Shown: positions 38,453 to 50,822 of the stretch, piece after piece
How the letters are laid out: each line of letters begins with the position of its first letter
Position numbering within the stretch: position 1 is the stretch's first letter
Assembly (NCBI RefSeq): GCF_006345805.1
Contig: NC_043007.1
Coordinates: forward strand, 74,958,001 to 75,022,000
DNA length: 64,000 bases
DNA from: Octopus sinensis
Taxonomy: Eukaryota
Direction: 5' to 3'
The notes under the pieces: generated by a model
Database searches by the model: none
Told to the model about the DNA's origin: nothing
The model's input: only the letters and a program-made list of their open reading frames with translations
Translations under genes and position numbers: made by a program

Positions 38453-38590
38453 GAAAAATTCAAATACACAGAACCAGTAAGGAATTCCTTGAAGTGCACT
38501 ATAGCACTTGGATGGTCTTTGGATTGTGAAGACAGCAGAGTTTTACAGTCAAATGAGGGCATCAAAAGACGAGCTTCAAAATCAAATGTA
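38453..38590 (+). CDS. RyR: RyR exon 17 (phase 0-0), end of repeat 3 and phosphorylation loop
   Basis: ttacag|GAA...GTA|gtaaga; EKFKYTEPVRNSLKCTIALGWSLD...IKRRASKSNV. Confidence 0.93.
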
Positions 38591-39510
38591 GTAAGATTAC
38601 ATCAGTTTTACAAGAGTTTTCCTAACATGCCTGTGGGGAGGGATAGGCTTGGTGGTTATAAGAAATTAACAATGCCAGTTTGCTCAGGAAATTTCCATTT
38701 TTTTTTTTTCAAAACTTTTGATTTTTCAAAATGTACAAATTCTTTACTCTTTTATATAAATCAAATAATTTTCAAAGAATATATAAATTATTCAATATAT
38801 TTAGCAAAATTTATTAAATTTCAATAACACTACACAGAAATGATAAATTTTAGATCTAAATTTGTAAAGCTCTAAAATAAAATTTAAAATCTTTTGTCAG
38901 AATATATTTGAATTATCTTAAATTAGGTAAGGGTGTAAAAATTCTGCTTCACATAATACCCATCTAACCTAAATATCCATCTAACCTAAGTAACCATCTA
39001 ACTTAATCCAGCATAGAAAAACAGACGTAAAAATGAGCAAACAAATTTCTAATATCCAATTACTTAATCTATTAATCACTAATATCTTATTTACATTGTA
39101 ACAATTTAGAAACTTCAAGAGACTGTGAAATAATTCGTTCTTAACAGTTAAACTCAAAGTAAACAAAGCTATAAATAATAACTTGTAAATATCTAAATTA
39201 ATAATCTTAATTAGTTATCATACATTTAGTATTTCCTGTAATCAAAGCCTACCCTACAATATCATTGTAAAAATAAATAAACTCATCATCAAAATCCTGA
39301 AGCTAAGAAATAATGCATAATTAATAGAAAAAAAAGCAATTTGAAAAACTAGGAATTATATTTGACAGAGTAACCTTAATGTTAAAACAATTAAAATTAC
39401 TGAAATTAGACAAATAATTATGGATAAGTCAGAGTATAACATATATATTGCTTGTATGAATGTTTGTATAGCTTTTCGTGAATTTTTTTGTTTTTGTCAT
39501 ATTTTTCTAG

Positions 39511-39576
39511 CATGATCAAGGCTACAGCCCTCGACCTTATGATCTCCGTAATATGACTGTAACACGAGAAATGCAG
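39511..39576 (+). CDS. RyR: RyR exon 18 (phase 0-0)
   Basis: ttctag|CAT...CAG|gtaaga; HDQGYSPRPYDLRNMTVTREMQ (RyR GYSPR.IDMS..TLSRD/ELQ). Confidence 0.93.
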
Positions 39577-39692
39577 GTAAGAGTTACTTATATTTTGCAT
39601 CACAGTATCTGATATAAAGAAGTAAAACATAATTGTTCTGATCCAATTTTATCATATGCCAGCATAATTTGCCACAAAGACATTCAATTATA

Positions 39693-40983
39693 CAGGGTGC
39701 AATGGGTAAATTGTCGCCATTTTATATTTTTAATTTCGGGCATGAGCATTGTTTGTTTTTGATTTCGTTGACTATACAGTATAGTAGGGTCACTTGGGCA
39801 CCATCTGTGAGAAAAACAGCACTATGATGCAATTCACTATGCCAGAAATTTGGAAACAACATGCTGTACTGCTTGGCATTTGCATCGGAAGCTCCAATAT
39901 GAACATTTCAGAGTGTTTGGGTGTCAATCTACAGAGGATTCAGAAAGAGTTGGATGAGTCTAATGGTGATTACAAAGGTACAGCAGCTTGGAAAACTCAA
40001 TCTGATTGTTCTGATAAGAAAAGAAATCCTGAATTTGTTGGTGAGATCCAATCTATGATTGACAACGATCCCTCTAAGTCAATCAGATCTATCACCAGGG
40101 ATACGGGAGTATCTGAGTTTCTTATCAGGCAGGTAGTACATGAAGACACTTGGTATTCAAAATGAGAAAGGGTCAGTTTTTATCCCAAGCCATCAAGGAC
40201 AAGAGGAAAGACCGTGCTACAAAACTTTTGAACAAACTCAAGCATCCCCTCCAACCAAACATGCTTTGGATTTTCTTAGATAAGAAAAATTTCTGCCAGG
40301 TTCAGATGGTGAAGACACAGAGCAACTGTTGGCTTGCCTTGTCCCCAAAACATGTACCAAGAGTGATAAAAATCAAACAACCAGTCAACATCATGGTGTT
40401 TGGATTGATCACTTGTGATGGTGATGTTATGTCTCCATTCATCTTCCAACAAGGCTTCACACTCAACACGGAGGCCTACATCAAGTGCCTGGAGGAGGTA
40501 GTGCTGCCCTGGGTCAAGAGGGTGACTGCTAGGAGATTCTGTTTAGCAGCAGGACTCTGCACCATTCCAAAGAAGCAGGAGAACCCAGTCACGGCTGTCA
40601 GACAAATTCTGCGACCACATCACCCCTAACATCTGGCCACCTAACTCCCCAAACTGCAACTCCCTTGATTATTATGTGTGGGGTTCAGCTAGGCGAGGGG
40701 ACAACAAAATTCCTTGTAACACTAAAGATGAACTGAAGGCAAGGATTGAAGCATTCACCAACTTAAACAAAGTGACTGTCCAGAAGAGTTGCAGGAGATT
40801 CCGAAGTCATCTGGAGACCATGGCCCATGGTTGAAGCCAATGGCAATTTTATTGAATAAATTTACTCATTAGCATTTCAAGATATTTTTATGCAATTTTG
40901 GTATATATATATATATATATATATATCTGTTAAAATGAGATATCAGTGTTATTTTCATTTTTGCATAATTTAGACAACAATTT
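39693..40983 (+). mobile_element. Decayed Tc1/mariner-superfamily DD37D (maT-like) transposon
   Basis: TA|CAGGGTG left end; WIFLDKKNF, MVFGLI and QQD-x37-D (WPPNSPNCNSLDYYVW), spacing counted by hand; frameshifted; right TIR degraded. Confidence 0.85.
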
Positions 40984-41356
40984 TAAAATAGATTGTTCCT
41001 TTCTTAAAAAAAAAAAGAAGAGATAACAAGCTGGTCAATGCAAACAAATGGAAACCATTCCTTTGCATGAAAATATTCATGGAATCAGTTTTTCAATATA
41101 ACATTAATTTTTAATTAAAAATAATTTTTCATATATTCTTTGATTTCAACTTCTAAGAATCTATTAGAAAATTTCTTCAAAAAAAACCTTTACACATCTC
41201 ATTATAACCTAATATGTTTAATGAGTTCTTTTGATATAAAAAAAATATTCCTGAAATGCTATCTCTAAATTTCTGCTCTTTGAATGTCTTCGGTCTTTGT
41301 GTTACTTTGGCATATTTTAGCCAGATTTCTAAAATATATTTTTACTTGATTTGCAG

Positions 41357-41432
41357 AATTTGGCAGAAAGGCTGGCAGAAAATATGCATGAAGTTTGGTT
41401 TAAACAAAAGAAATTAGACTTAGAATCAATTG
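41357..41432 (+). CDS. RyR: RyR exon 19 (phase 0-1), RyR repeat 4
   Basis: ttgcag|AAT...ATTG|gtaagt; NLAERLAENMHEVWFKQKKLDLESI. Confidence 0.94.
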
Positions 41433-42960
41433 GTAAGTTGCCAGTTTTAATATTATTGTTTAAAGCAGTGAGTTGGAAGAATCATTAGAACATCAGGCAA
41501 AATGCTCTGTAGCTTTCCATCTATCTTCATGTTCTGAGTTCAAATGCCATCATCAACTTTGTCTTTTATCCTTTCAGGGTCAATTAAGTAAGAATCAGTT
41601 GAGTATTGGAGTCAATGTAATCAACCTACTCCCTCCCATGAAATTGCTGGCCTTGGGCCAAAATTTGAAATCAATATTAATGTTTAATCCTGACCAGCCC
41701 TGGTTGATCTACATCAGATATAAAGAAATCATTTGAGATGGTGTACATAGTATAACAGTTTCAAATTTCATCACAAGGCCTGTAATTTTAGGGGCTGGGG
41801 TATGTTGATTACATCAACCCTAGCACTTGACTTGTACTTAAATTATCAACCCAGAAAGGATGACAGGCAAAGTGGACTTTAACAGAATTTGAACACAGCT
41901 CATAAAGAGTCAGAAGAAATCCTGTTAAACATTTTGTCTAATGTAATAATTTTGCTAGTTTGCAGTCTCATGTATCTTTAATAATATAAATAATATGATT
42001 AATACAGTTCTATATTTCTCAGATGGGGAATTTATATTATGTATATTACTATTATTTATATTATGTCCGCTCTGTAATGTGGTTGTTGTTAGAAAGGGCA
42101 TCCAGCAGTAAAAACCCTGCCAAAACTGACAGTGAAGCCTGGTGCAGTCTTCTGTCTAACCAGCCCCTGTAAAACCGTCCAACCCATGCCAGCATAGAAA
42201 ACGGACGTTAAATGATTATGATGATGATGATGATGATGATATACTGTTTATATTAGTTGGACTGCATCCTCATTTTTGACTGTCACTTTCACTAAGTTTC
42301 AGTTGTATGCTGCAGCCTTCTTAGAGTGTACAACAGCCAAAACATAGTGAAAAAAATAATCGGCATGTGGACACCAGCCCATCTAATATGAACGATATAC
42401 ATTAAATAATATGATGTCTGTCATCTTGTAGAAAGCATATTTATTGAGAGTGTGACCATTGCAGTTAAGACTGGACCACAGTGATACTGAATTATGTTTT
42501 CTGAAAGTAAGATAGATCTTCTAAGTTATGATACAATGCTGTAATATATATTAAAGTGGGTGCTAGCATACCTAATGTAGTAAACCCAGGAATTGAAGGT
42601 GTGTAGTTTGTGTACTAATATAGGAAATATATTAGGTTTATAACGTGAAGTTCCACAATATTTTGCAGAGAAAATTTTATTTTTGATGTGTACCTTTGTT
42701 TATATGCTTTTATACAGTGTCGTTTTGCGTGGATCATTGCAAGTTAAGCATTTTACCCTGTCATTTCACAGCACCAGAGATTACATATAAACTAGCTTCT
42801 CCAGTAGTTCAGCCCATTATCAATGCAATCTAACTACAACCTTCTCTCTCTCTTACACACATGAGCTCAAGGTAGACAAGTGGGACAGTAACTGATATTT
42901 TAACCAGTAATACTTCGATATTTTTTGTTAATAATGTCAAGTCTTTGACTTCTATTTTAG

Positions 42961-43084
42961 GTGGAGGAATTCATCCACTGTTGGTACCATATGATAGTCT
43001 GACAGATCACGAGAAGAAAAGAGATAAGGAACAAGCACAAGAACTCCTCAAATTTTTGCAATTTTTAGGTTTTAGAATCAGTTG
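42961..43084 (+). CDS. RyR: RyR exon 20 (phase 1-2), RyR repeat 4
   Basis: ttttag|GT...AGTTG|gtaagt; [38 protein letters not shown]. Confidence 0.95.
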
Positions 43085-43708
43085 GTAAGTAGCAGACAAA
43101 TATGTAAATATTAAATAAATTTTTTAAATAAGTAAATTAAAAAGAAAATAATTTAGATAACTTAAATAAACGACTGCTTGTCTACTACAGACTTGAAAAA
43201 TATTTTATCAAAAAATACCTTTTTTTTTTATTTCTATATTTGTTCCAGTTCCATATGCTGAGAACTAAATTTCATCTTTCATCTGTAATGTTTTAAGAAT
43301 TTACTCTTTATTCCACAGGTTGTTAAACATAGAGAATATAGGATTATTTTTCACATCTAGTTTTAGTATATTGTTATTAAAATATACATATATTTTTTAA
43401 TAATATATTATGATTATTAAAAATTTCTTCGTTATAAGATAGGTTGGATATTCTAGTAGATATACTATTTATAATACTTTTAAGTAATGATCTATGATGA
43501 TTTGAATTAATATTTATGTATTTAAGATATTCATTCGATTTATGAAATGGAGAGTAGGTTGCATTATTAAGGTCTAAGGTTACATCTATTTGTTATTAAA
43601 ATATATGTATTTTTAAAAACTGATAATTATTAGGTATATTTTAGCTACATTACCTCAAGGTGAAATGAGTAAATAAACATGGCTGTTATAATATTTATTC
43701 CTTTCTAG

Positions 43709-43940
43709 TGGCAGTATGTCTCAACATGCACATGAATCTTCATCTCGACATGGCAAAGATAATGATGGCGGTGCATCTGTATCAGCCACAGAGAAACGCT
43801 TTGCCTACAGTTTGTTACAGAAGCTTTTAGAATATCTGGACAAAGCCTCAATTAACATGAAACAAACCAAGCCTAGTAGTCGATTCAGTCGACGAGAAAG
43901 TTATACAACAGCAACAGAAGATGTAAAATTCTTTGGGAAG
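43709..43940 (+). CDS. RyR: RyR exon 21 (phase 2-0); possible in-frame alternative acceptor at 43715
   Basis: ttctag|T...AAG|gtcagt; TEKRFAYSLLQKLLEYLDKAS...EDVKFFGK. Confidence 0.93.
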
Positions 43941-44134
43941 GTCAGTTTTCCATTATTTTTGCTTCAATATGTCATATAAAGCATTAAAATATAATGTTAT
44001 AATTAACTAAAATGTGATTATTAATTTAGAATTATTAAAGAAGTTTTATAGGTATAGGCATGGCTGTGTTTTTAAGAACATTACTTCTCAACTTTATTAA
44101 GAATCATTTCTTAATACATTTCCTTTAATGGCAG

Positions 44135-44253
44135 GTTGTTTTACCATTTGTGGAGAGGTATTTCCATGCTCACCGTTTGTATTTTATTGCATCACCAACT
44201 TCTCCAAGTTCATCAGGGATGGCATCGTCAAAAGAAAAAGAAATGACTGCCAC
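44135..44253 (+). CDS. RyR: RyR exon 22 (phase 0-2)
   Basis: tggcag|GTT...GCCAC|gtaagt; VVLPFVERYFHAHRLYFIAS...GMASSKEKEMTA. Confidence 0.94.
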
Positions 44254-45282
44254 GTAAGTATAATCTTTGTTTATTATGAAGAACGGCAGTGCTCCAGCAT
44301 GGTCACAGCTCCGAGCTGAAACTACAACAGAAAGAAAAAAGAGCCCTTATATTATTGTGTCATATCTTTAAAATTATTTCCTACCTTGTAGCCACGTGGT
44401 TTTGGATTCAGTCCTATTCTATGACACCTTGGGCAAGTATTCTGCTATAGTCGAAGCCAATCAATGCCTTATAAGTAAATTTGATAAATGGAAACTAACT
44501 GTGTGGAAGCCTGCCATACATGTATGTGTGTGTGTGTATTTCTGTTTCCCAACACCTCTTAACAACAGTTATTGGTTTAATTCCCATAACTTAGTGATGC
44601 AGCAAAAGAGACTGATAGAATAAGTACCAGTCTTAGAAATAAGTACAGGGGTCAATTTTTTCGATGAAATCCCTCAAAGCAGTAACCCAGCATGGCTGCA
44701 GTCCAGTGACTGAAACATGTAAAAGATTAAAAAATAGACTGTTAGCTTCATTAGGATATTCAAGTCTCTTCTCTGAAAGGCACATAGAATGGACACTGGA
44801 CTCTTCCTTTATTTCAGTAGAGAACTCAAACTTAATAATTTCTGAGGTGGTGGGCAGGCAGAATTGTAAGCACACTGAACAAACTGCTTAGTAACATTTC
44901 ATTCCATCTTTACATTCTGAGTTCAAATGCTAACCAAGGTAGCTTTGCCTTTCGTGCTTCTGAGGTCGATAAAATAATTACCAATTGAGTAATGGAGTCA
45001 ATGTAGTTGACTTAACCCCGTCCCCTAAAATTGCTAGCCTTATGCTAAAATTTGAAACCAATATTACTAATTTCTAAATTTATAAGTGTTCAATGAGATC
45101 TGTAGAGGTTGAAACTGAACATCGACCACATTCATCTCATCAATGTAAGATGGTCTGCAAAGACCAGAGACACATCTCTTCCTCTGCCAACTATTTAAAA
45201 AATATTGATTGGATTTTTAATTACATGAAATTGATTATTTATATTGATTAAATTTTTTTTTGTCATTTTTTCTGTTCGGCAG

Positions 45283-45393
45283 TCTCTTTTGTAAATTAGC
45301 CCAAGCATTAAGAAGCAAAATTAATGCCTTTGGTCATGATGTCAACATATCTGTCAGGTGCTTACAAGTGCTTGTCCAGGCTGTTGATGCAAG
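45283..45393 (+). CDS. RyR: RyR exon 23 (phase 2-2)
   Basis: cggcag|T...GCAAG|gtatgt; [36 protein letters not shown]. Confidence 0.95.
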
Positions 45394-45944
45394 GTATGTA
45401 AACACAATTTTTAAGTAATATTTGCATTTTGTCATTTCAGTCTCTTTTTACAAGAAAGTTTATTGCTTATACAGCTTTATCAATGAATAATTTTTTAACT
45501 TTTGATTGAGCTAATGAAGAAGTTTATACATGGTCACTCAACCTACAAGAAATAACTGAAAAAGTATGTATGTATGATAACATAATAAAATAAAATATGA
45601 ATGCAGTCATAAGGCTTCAAATCATTTATAACATAATTATAAAGAAAATTCTACAAAGATATACAAATTTAATGGAAAACTAAGAGAATCCAGAGGTTGA
45701 AATTTCATAGTGATTCAGTATAGGCAAGCACAAATCATATTTTATTGTATTATACCCACATGAGCTTTACCCATACATCACCTATAGTCAACACTTATTT
45801 TTGGGAATCTTATATCCCTTCACTTAACATCAGATTTTAGGCACTGGGTCTGGTCTGAGTTATTGTGCATCCCTAGTACATTATTTGTCTTTGACATTTT
45901 CTTACCTAAGACATATGTAATAATTATAACTGTTTCCATTTCAG

Positions 45945-46183
45945 GTCCGTAGTGAAAAATTCACCAGAAATAATCAGGGCTCACTTTATGCCATTTTTTA
46001 ACAATGCTGCTGCTGACTTGGCAAATTTAATGGACAATCTTCATAAAGGTCGATTTAGCCATGTCAAAGGAACTATCACTAGAGGTGCCACAAGCCTTAA
46101 CTATGTCCATATGGTCCTTCTTCCTGTTCTTTCATCCTTATTTGAACATCTCGGCCACAATAGTTATGGAGCTGATATATTAG
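45945..46183 (+). CDS. RyR: RyR exon 24 (phase 2-1)
   Basis: tttcag|G...TTAG|gtgcgt; VVKNSPEIIRAHFMPFFNNAAADL...LLPVLSSLFEHLG...YGADIL. Confidence 0.94.
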
Positions 46184-46435
46184 GTGCGTACTTTACTGAA
46201 ATCTTTTCATTTATTTTATTTCATTCTCTACTGGAGAAAAAGCCTACATGTTTCAACTCTCATATAGAGTTTTTAGCATTTTGCTGAATAAACTAAAGCT
46301 AGTACCAGAGTAAACCTCACTTAATTTTTCACATAGCTGCACAAAACATATTTATAATCAATATCATCTTAATCTGTTGGCATTTAAACCGGCCATAACC
46401 AGCCCAAATATTCTTCCTTTTTTATACTCAAAGCA

Positions 46436-46662
46436 GTGAGCTGGCAGAAACATTAGGAAGCCGGGCGAAATGCGTAGCCGTATTTCATCTGCCGTTACGT
46501 TCTGAGTTCAAATTCCACCGAGGTCGACTTTGCCTTTCATCCTTTCAGGGTCGATAAATTAAGTACCAGTTATGTACTGGGGTCGATATAATCGACTTAA
46601 TCCGTTTGTCTGTCCTTGTTTGTCCTCTCTGTGTTTAGCCCCTTGTGGGTAGTAAAGAAATA
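46436..46662 (+). mobile_element. Young SINE family A copy nested in an older repeat
   Basis: Near-identical to the 11487 copy; 13-bp TSD TATACTCAAAGCA (46423-46435, 46663-46675). Confidence 0.88.
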
Positions 46663-47165
46663 TATACTCAAAGCAACCAGATCTGACCTCTCTCACCCAC
46701 CCTACAATGACATTCTAAAATAAACAATCGCACCATCAAAATTTTGAGCTATAAGATAATATATGATTAATTTAAAACAATGAGAATAAATATGTATTAC
46801 ATTATGATAAATTACTATGAAATGGAGTACCTATTTGGCATCAAATTAGCAATGCCAAATAGATGGAAACCAAAACAGCCATGCCAAAATGTCTCATACA
46901 CATCATTTGCTAAACAATATGTGTTGTTTTGCCTTGGTGTACATTCTTTGAAATTTTGCTCTTTCTTTTTTCATCTACATTCTCATTGCTATATCTAAAC
47001 ATGAAATCTAGCACTTCCGATTTTACAAAATCCCAACACATTAATTTATTGAGGGTAATTTCAAATAGATTATTTCTAAATTTAGTACAACCAAACATGC
47101 CAAAAATTTCCAAAACTTATTCAAAAATCATTCCATGACATGTCTTCGTTTTTTTTCTTCCTCAG

Positions 47166-47247
47166 TTGGTGAAGTTCAACTCGCATGTTATCGAATTCTA
47201 AATGCTCTTTTCTCACTTGGTATGAGTGGTTCTTCATTTTCTCATCG
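47166..47247 (+). CDS. RyR: RyR exon 25 (phase 1-2)
   Basis: cctcag|TT...CATCG|gtaagt; GEVQLACYRILNALFSLG (RyR DDVQVSCYR.L.S.YSLG). Confidence 0.93.
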
Positions 47248-47636
47248 GTAAGTTCTGATTTAACTGTTTCTTTAGAACATATTTCTGCAAAAACTCTACA
47301 ACAACTGTATTCCAAATGGCACTCATTCTAAACATTTTATTCCATTTGTTTCTCATTTTTCATCATATGCATATTTTAACTGCATTTTAATCACAAGATA
47401 AATATCTAATAACTTATATTGCTGATATCAATAAATATTACATAATTACATAATTATTTTTTTTAGCTGTGTGTTTGTGTTAGGTTATATCTATGTGTCT
47501 CTTTTTGTGTACATGCTTATGATTATATGCTTGCATATATAAGCATATATTTATATGAGGTATACATTTATATATATGCATATGAATCCATGTATGTATA
47601 TGTATGTGTGTGTTCATGTGTGTGTGTACATGTGTG

Positions 47637-47668
<32 letters not shown>

Positions 47669-48029
47669 CACACACACATATATACATATACACATATATA
47701 TAGATAGATATAGATATATAGATATATATATAATATTAATACACCTATATAAGATACTATCATTATCATCATTGTTTTAATCTCCACATTTCCATGCCTG
47801 CATGAGTTATACAGAATTCGTGAGGCAGATTTTCTAGAACTGGATCCTGTCATCAACCCTCACTTATTTCCATACAAGATAAAACTTTCCCACGGACAGA
47901 TATGTTTTCATGGAAGATTGAAATCGAATGCCATTGCTTGTTTGATAATGACAAGTGCTATGTTATGTCAAGAAGACATAACAAGTATTGTGCTATTTAC
48001 AAGTATAGTGTTATGTCAAGGAGACACAC

Positions 48030-48430
48030 ACATAGCATGGAGCCATGAATAAAGATGACTTGAGAAGACTGAAGAGAAATGAAGCAAGCATGCTCCATTG
48101 GATGTGCAGTGTAAGTGTGTATGAACAGCAAAATACAAATGTGCCCAGAGAAAAAGTGGGCATGAGTGGATTTAGGTGCAGTATGCAAGAAGGAAGACTG
48201 CACTATGGATATGTGTAATATGGACATGTGAGAGGAGATGTCCATATGGATGAGAACAGCTGTATAAAGAAGTGCTGATCACTTTATGTGGACAGAGTTT
48301 GCAGAAGATGAAGATTCAGGAAGACCTGGGATGATGTAGTAAAGGCTGATATCAGGATCTTGAACTTCATAGAAGAGAAAACAAAGAGCCATAATGACTG
48401 GCAGTTTGCAGTTCTCGAGGAGGCCCACCT
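48030..48430 (+). mobile_element. RTE-clade LINE 3' ORF remnant
   Basis: Degenerate SMLHWMC...GHV...C..*RFRKTWDDVVKAD, matching the RTE GRPRKTW motif. Confidence 0.65.
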
Positions 48431-48680
48431 ACCTTGGCAAAGCTGAGATTCTGGAAGCACTATGTGTATCTATAAGCACATTCCAGTACTCATCATCACT
48501 CTAACCACAATGTTATGCTGCTGTAGTTAAATCTGAACAGAACTACATGCTCCACTTGACTCTCCTTCAAACCATTTATCCTTCTTATTACTCAGAATCA
48601 TTTCCGTTGTTATCCATCCTTCATTCTCAATGCTGCCCTCTCTAATTTTCTATATTGACAGCCTTCAATCACACATTATC

Positions 48681-48682
<2 letters not shown>

Positions 48683-48762
<80 letters not shown>
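48683..48762. repeat. (TATC)n tetranucleotide microsatellite
   Basis: Direct reading, about 20 units. Confidence 0.95.
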
Positions 48763-48763
<1 letters not shown>

Positions 48764-49430
48764 CCTCTCTCTCTCACACACACATGCACACTCTCACATA
48801 CACACACTCTCTCTTTCTCTCATCCTCTTTAATCAGTAAACCTTAGGGATCAAGCCCATCAAGACTTCTGACTATCACATCCATGAACCAGTCGAAGCAC
48901 ATGGTGCTTAGTACCTGCCACTCCTTCATCTTCTTCTCAAAATGCATGGACAATATCCTAATGCTTACTTCCTCCCACGAAGAGGCCATTGTCATACATC
49001 AGAAATTGAAAAATGCTAGCAAACAAATCTGGAGCCCCTTCTCTGCTCAATTTCCAACTCAAGAAAAGAGCCATATCCACCATGCACTAAGTGTTGTTCC
49101 AGTGCAATTGACAATTTAACTCTTTACAGAGTGATGCCTCTTACTTATTTCAAAGTACAAAAGTCCAAATTAATTTCTCTGGTCACTTGTGATTCAGACA
49201 ACCATTAATAATTCTCATTTTTTGAATAGATATTTTTATTCTTTATCCTAACAGACCAAAACTTTGAGGTCACTGTCACCCTTCTTTTTGTAAAAGTTCA
49301 ATAAATATGTACAAAAAGCATTTAGTTATTGTTCAGTTTGATGTTAAATTGTTTTTAATGTTTAACTTGATATATAAATGTTAAATTAAATCTCTGAGCG
49401 AGATATAAACAGTAGTAGTGTGGAACCATA

Positions 49431-49640
49431 ACATATATTTGCCAACTAAGTGATTAACACACACTGAGGACAGGTAACCACCCAGAAACTCGAACCCGTG
49501 TGTATCACATAAGGCTAGAGATGGCAGCGATGATTTTCTCTCACAAAATACTAATCAGACACAGAAAGTGTGTCATTAGCCAGTTGGAGGAGATATACCT
49601 GTCCTGTATAGGACGCCACACTTAGTTGGCAAATATATGT
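49431..49640. mobile_element. MITE-like element with perfect 22-bp terminal inverted repeats
   Basis: ACATATATTTGCCAACTAAGTG ... CACTTAGTTGGCAAATATATGT, plus internal AGGACAGGTA/TACCTGTCCT. Confidence 0.75.
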
Positions 49641-50344
49641 CGATATAAAAACAAATATTTATATGGGGTTGAAAATCTCTTTTAGATAGAAAAAGTTGAA
49701 GGCTGCCTGTAAGACAGGCATACCAGCAATGTGGGTTCAAGTCCTACATCAACCCCATTATCTTTAGCATTATGTAGTGTGTCTTAAGAGTTAATATTCC
49801 AAATAAGAATTATTCTTCAAAAGTTTATAAATTCATATGACATCAACAATAAATACACACACACACACACACACACATACACACTAAACATAAATAGACA
49901 CACATTATAATTATATACAAAAGGATGTTACACTTCAGTGATTTTGGTATAAAAATGTTTTTTAACTACAACAGTTAGAAACTAAATAGTCAAGATTTTG
50001 TTATATTCATGTTAACTTTCACCTGCTAGGCAGTGTATGCTTTTGTATTTAATATCAATGTACGTAATATTTGTAACAATCATATGTCATGAAAAAAATA
50101 ATAAAAAATCACGATTAATGTTTGATGTTTGTATCTATTAAATGAATTGAAGGAACATTCAGTGAATACACTTTATACTTAAACATGTGTGAATTACACA
50201 TACTCACAACACAAACACACACACACAGTTATATAAGTGCTTATTTTCATAAATATCATGCAGGCACTCACACAAATATTCGTAAAGGAGTGTTTTCATC
50301 ATGTATTTTTGTTTATATATATATATTTTATCAATATACTCTAG

Positions 50345-50380
<36 letters not shown>

Positions 50381-50795
50381 CACTGACTGGAAGGTATCAT
50401 TTTGCAATTATTTATGAATTAAAGTATTTTTTTACCTTTAGTGTTTCTATTAAAATTTATTTCTAGCCATTGTAATATCTTTGAAAATATATATTTGCAT
50501 GTGTGTATGTGGGTGTGTGTGTGTGCATGTACGTGTGCATATATATATAGACACACACACACATATACATATGTACACATATGTATATTTTTATATTTAT
50601 ATGTGTGTATATATGTATATGTGTGTATGTGTGTGTATGTGTGTAATTATGAAAGTGTCCATATATGTATGTGCAGACGTGTATATTTGTATTTGTAGAA
50701 GCATTTCCTTCTTACGACTCAAACTGATTTAAGTATATTTTGTCTTTCTTTTGAACATCTATTTATCCACATCACATTACTTATGGCTCCGTTAG

Positions 50796-50822
50796 AGAGA
50801 CCATCTCAGTGGAACTAGCCAG
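50796..50822 (+). CDS. RyR: RyR 27-nt microexon 26 (phase 2-2)
   Basis: cgttag|A GAG ACC ATC TCA GTG GAA CTA GCC AG|gtatat; joins SFSH(R)-ETISVELA-(R)HRPVLGEC in frame and supplies the E..RHRP segment seen in invertebrate RyRs. Confidence 0.78.
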
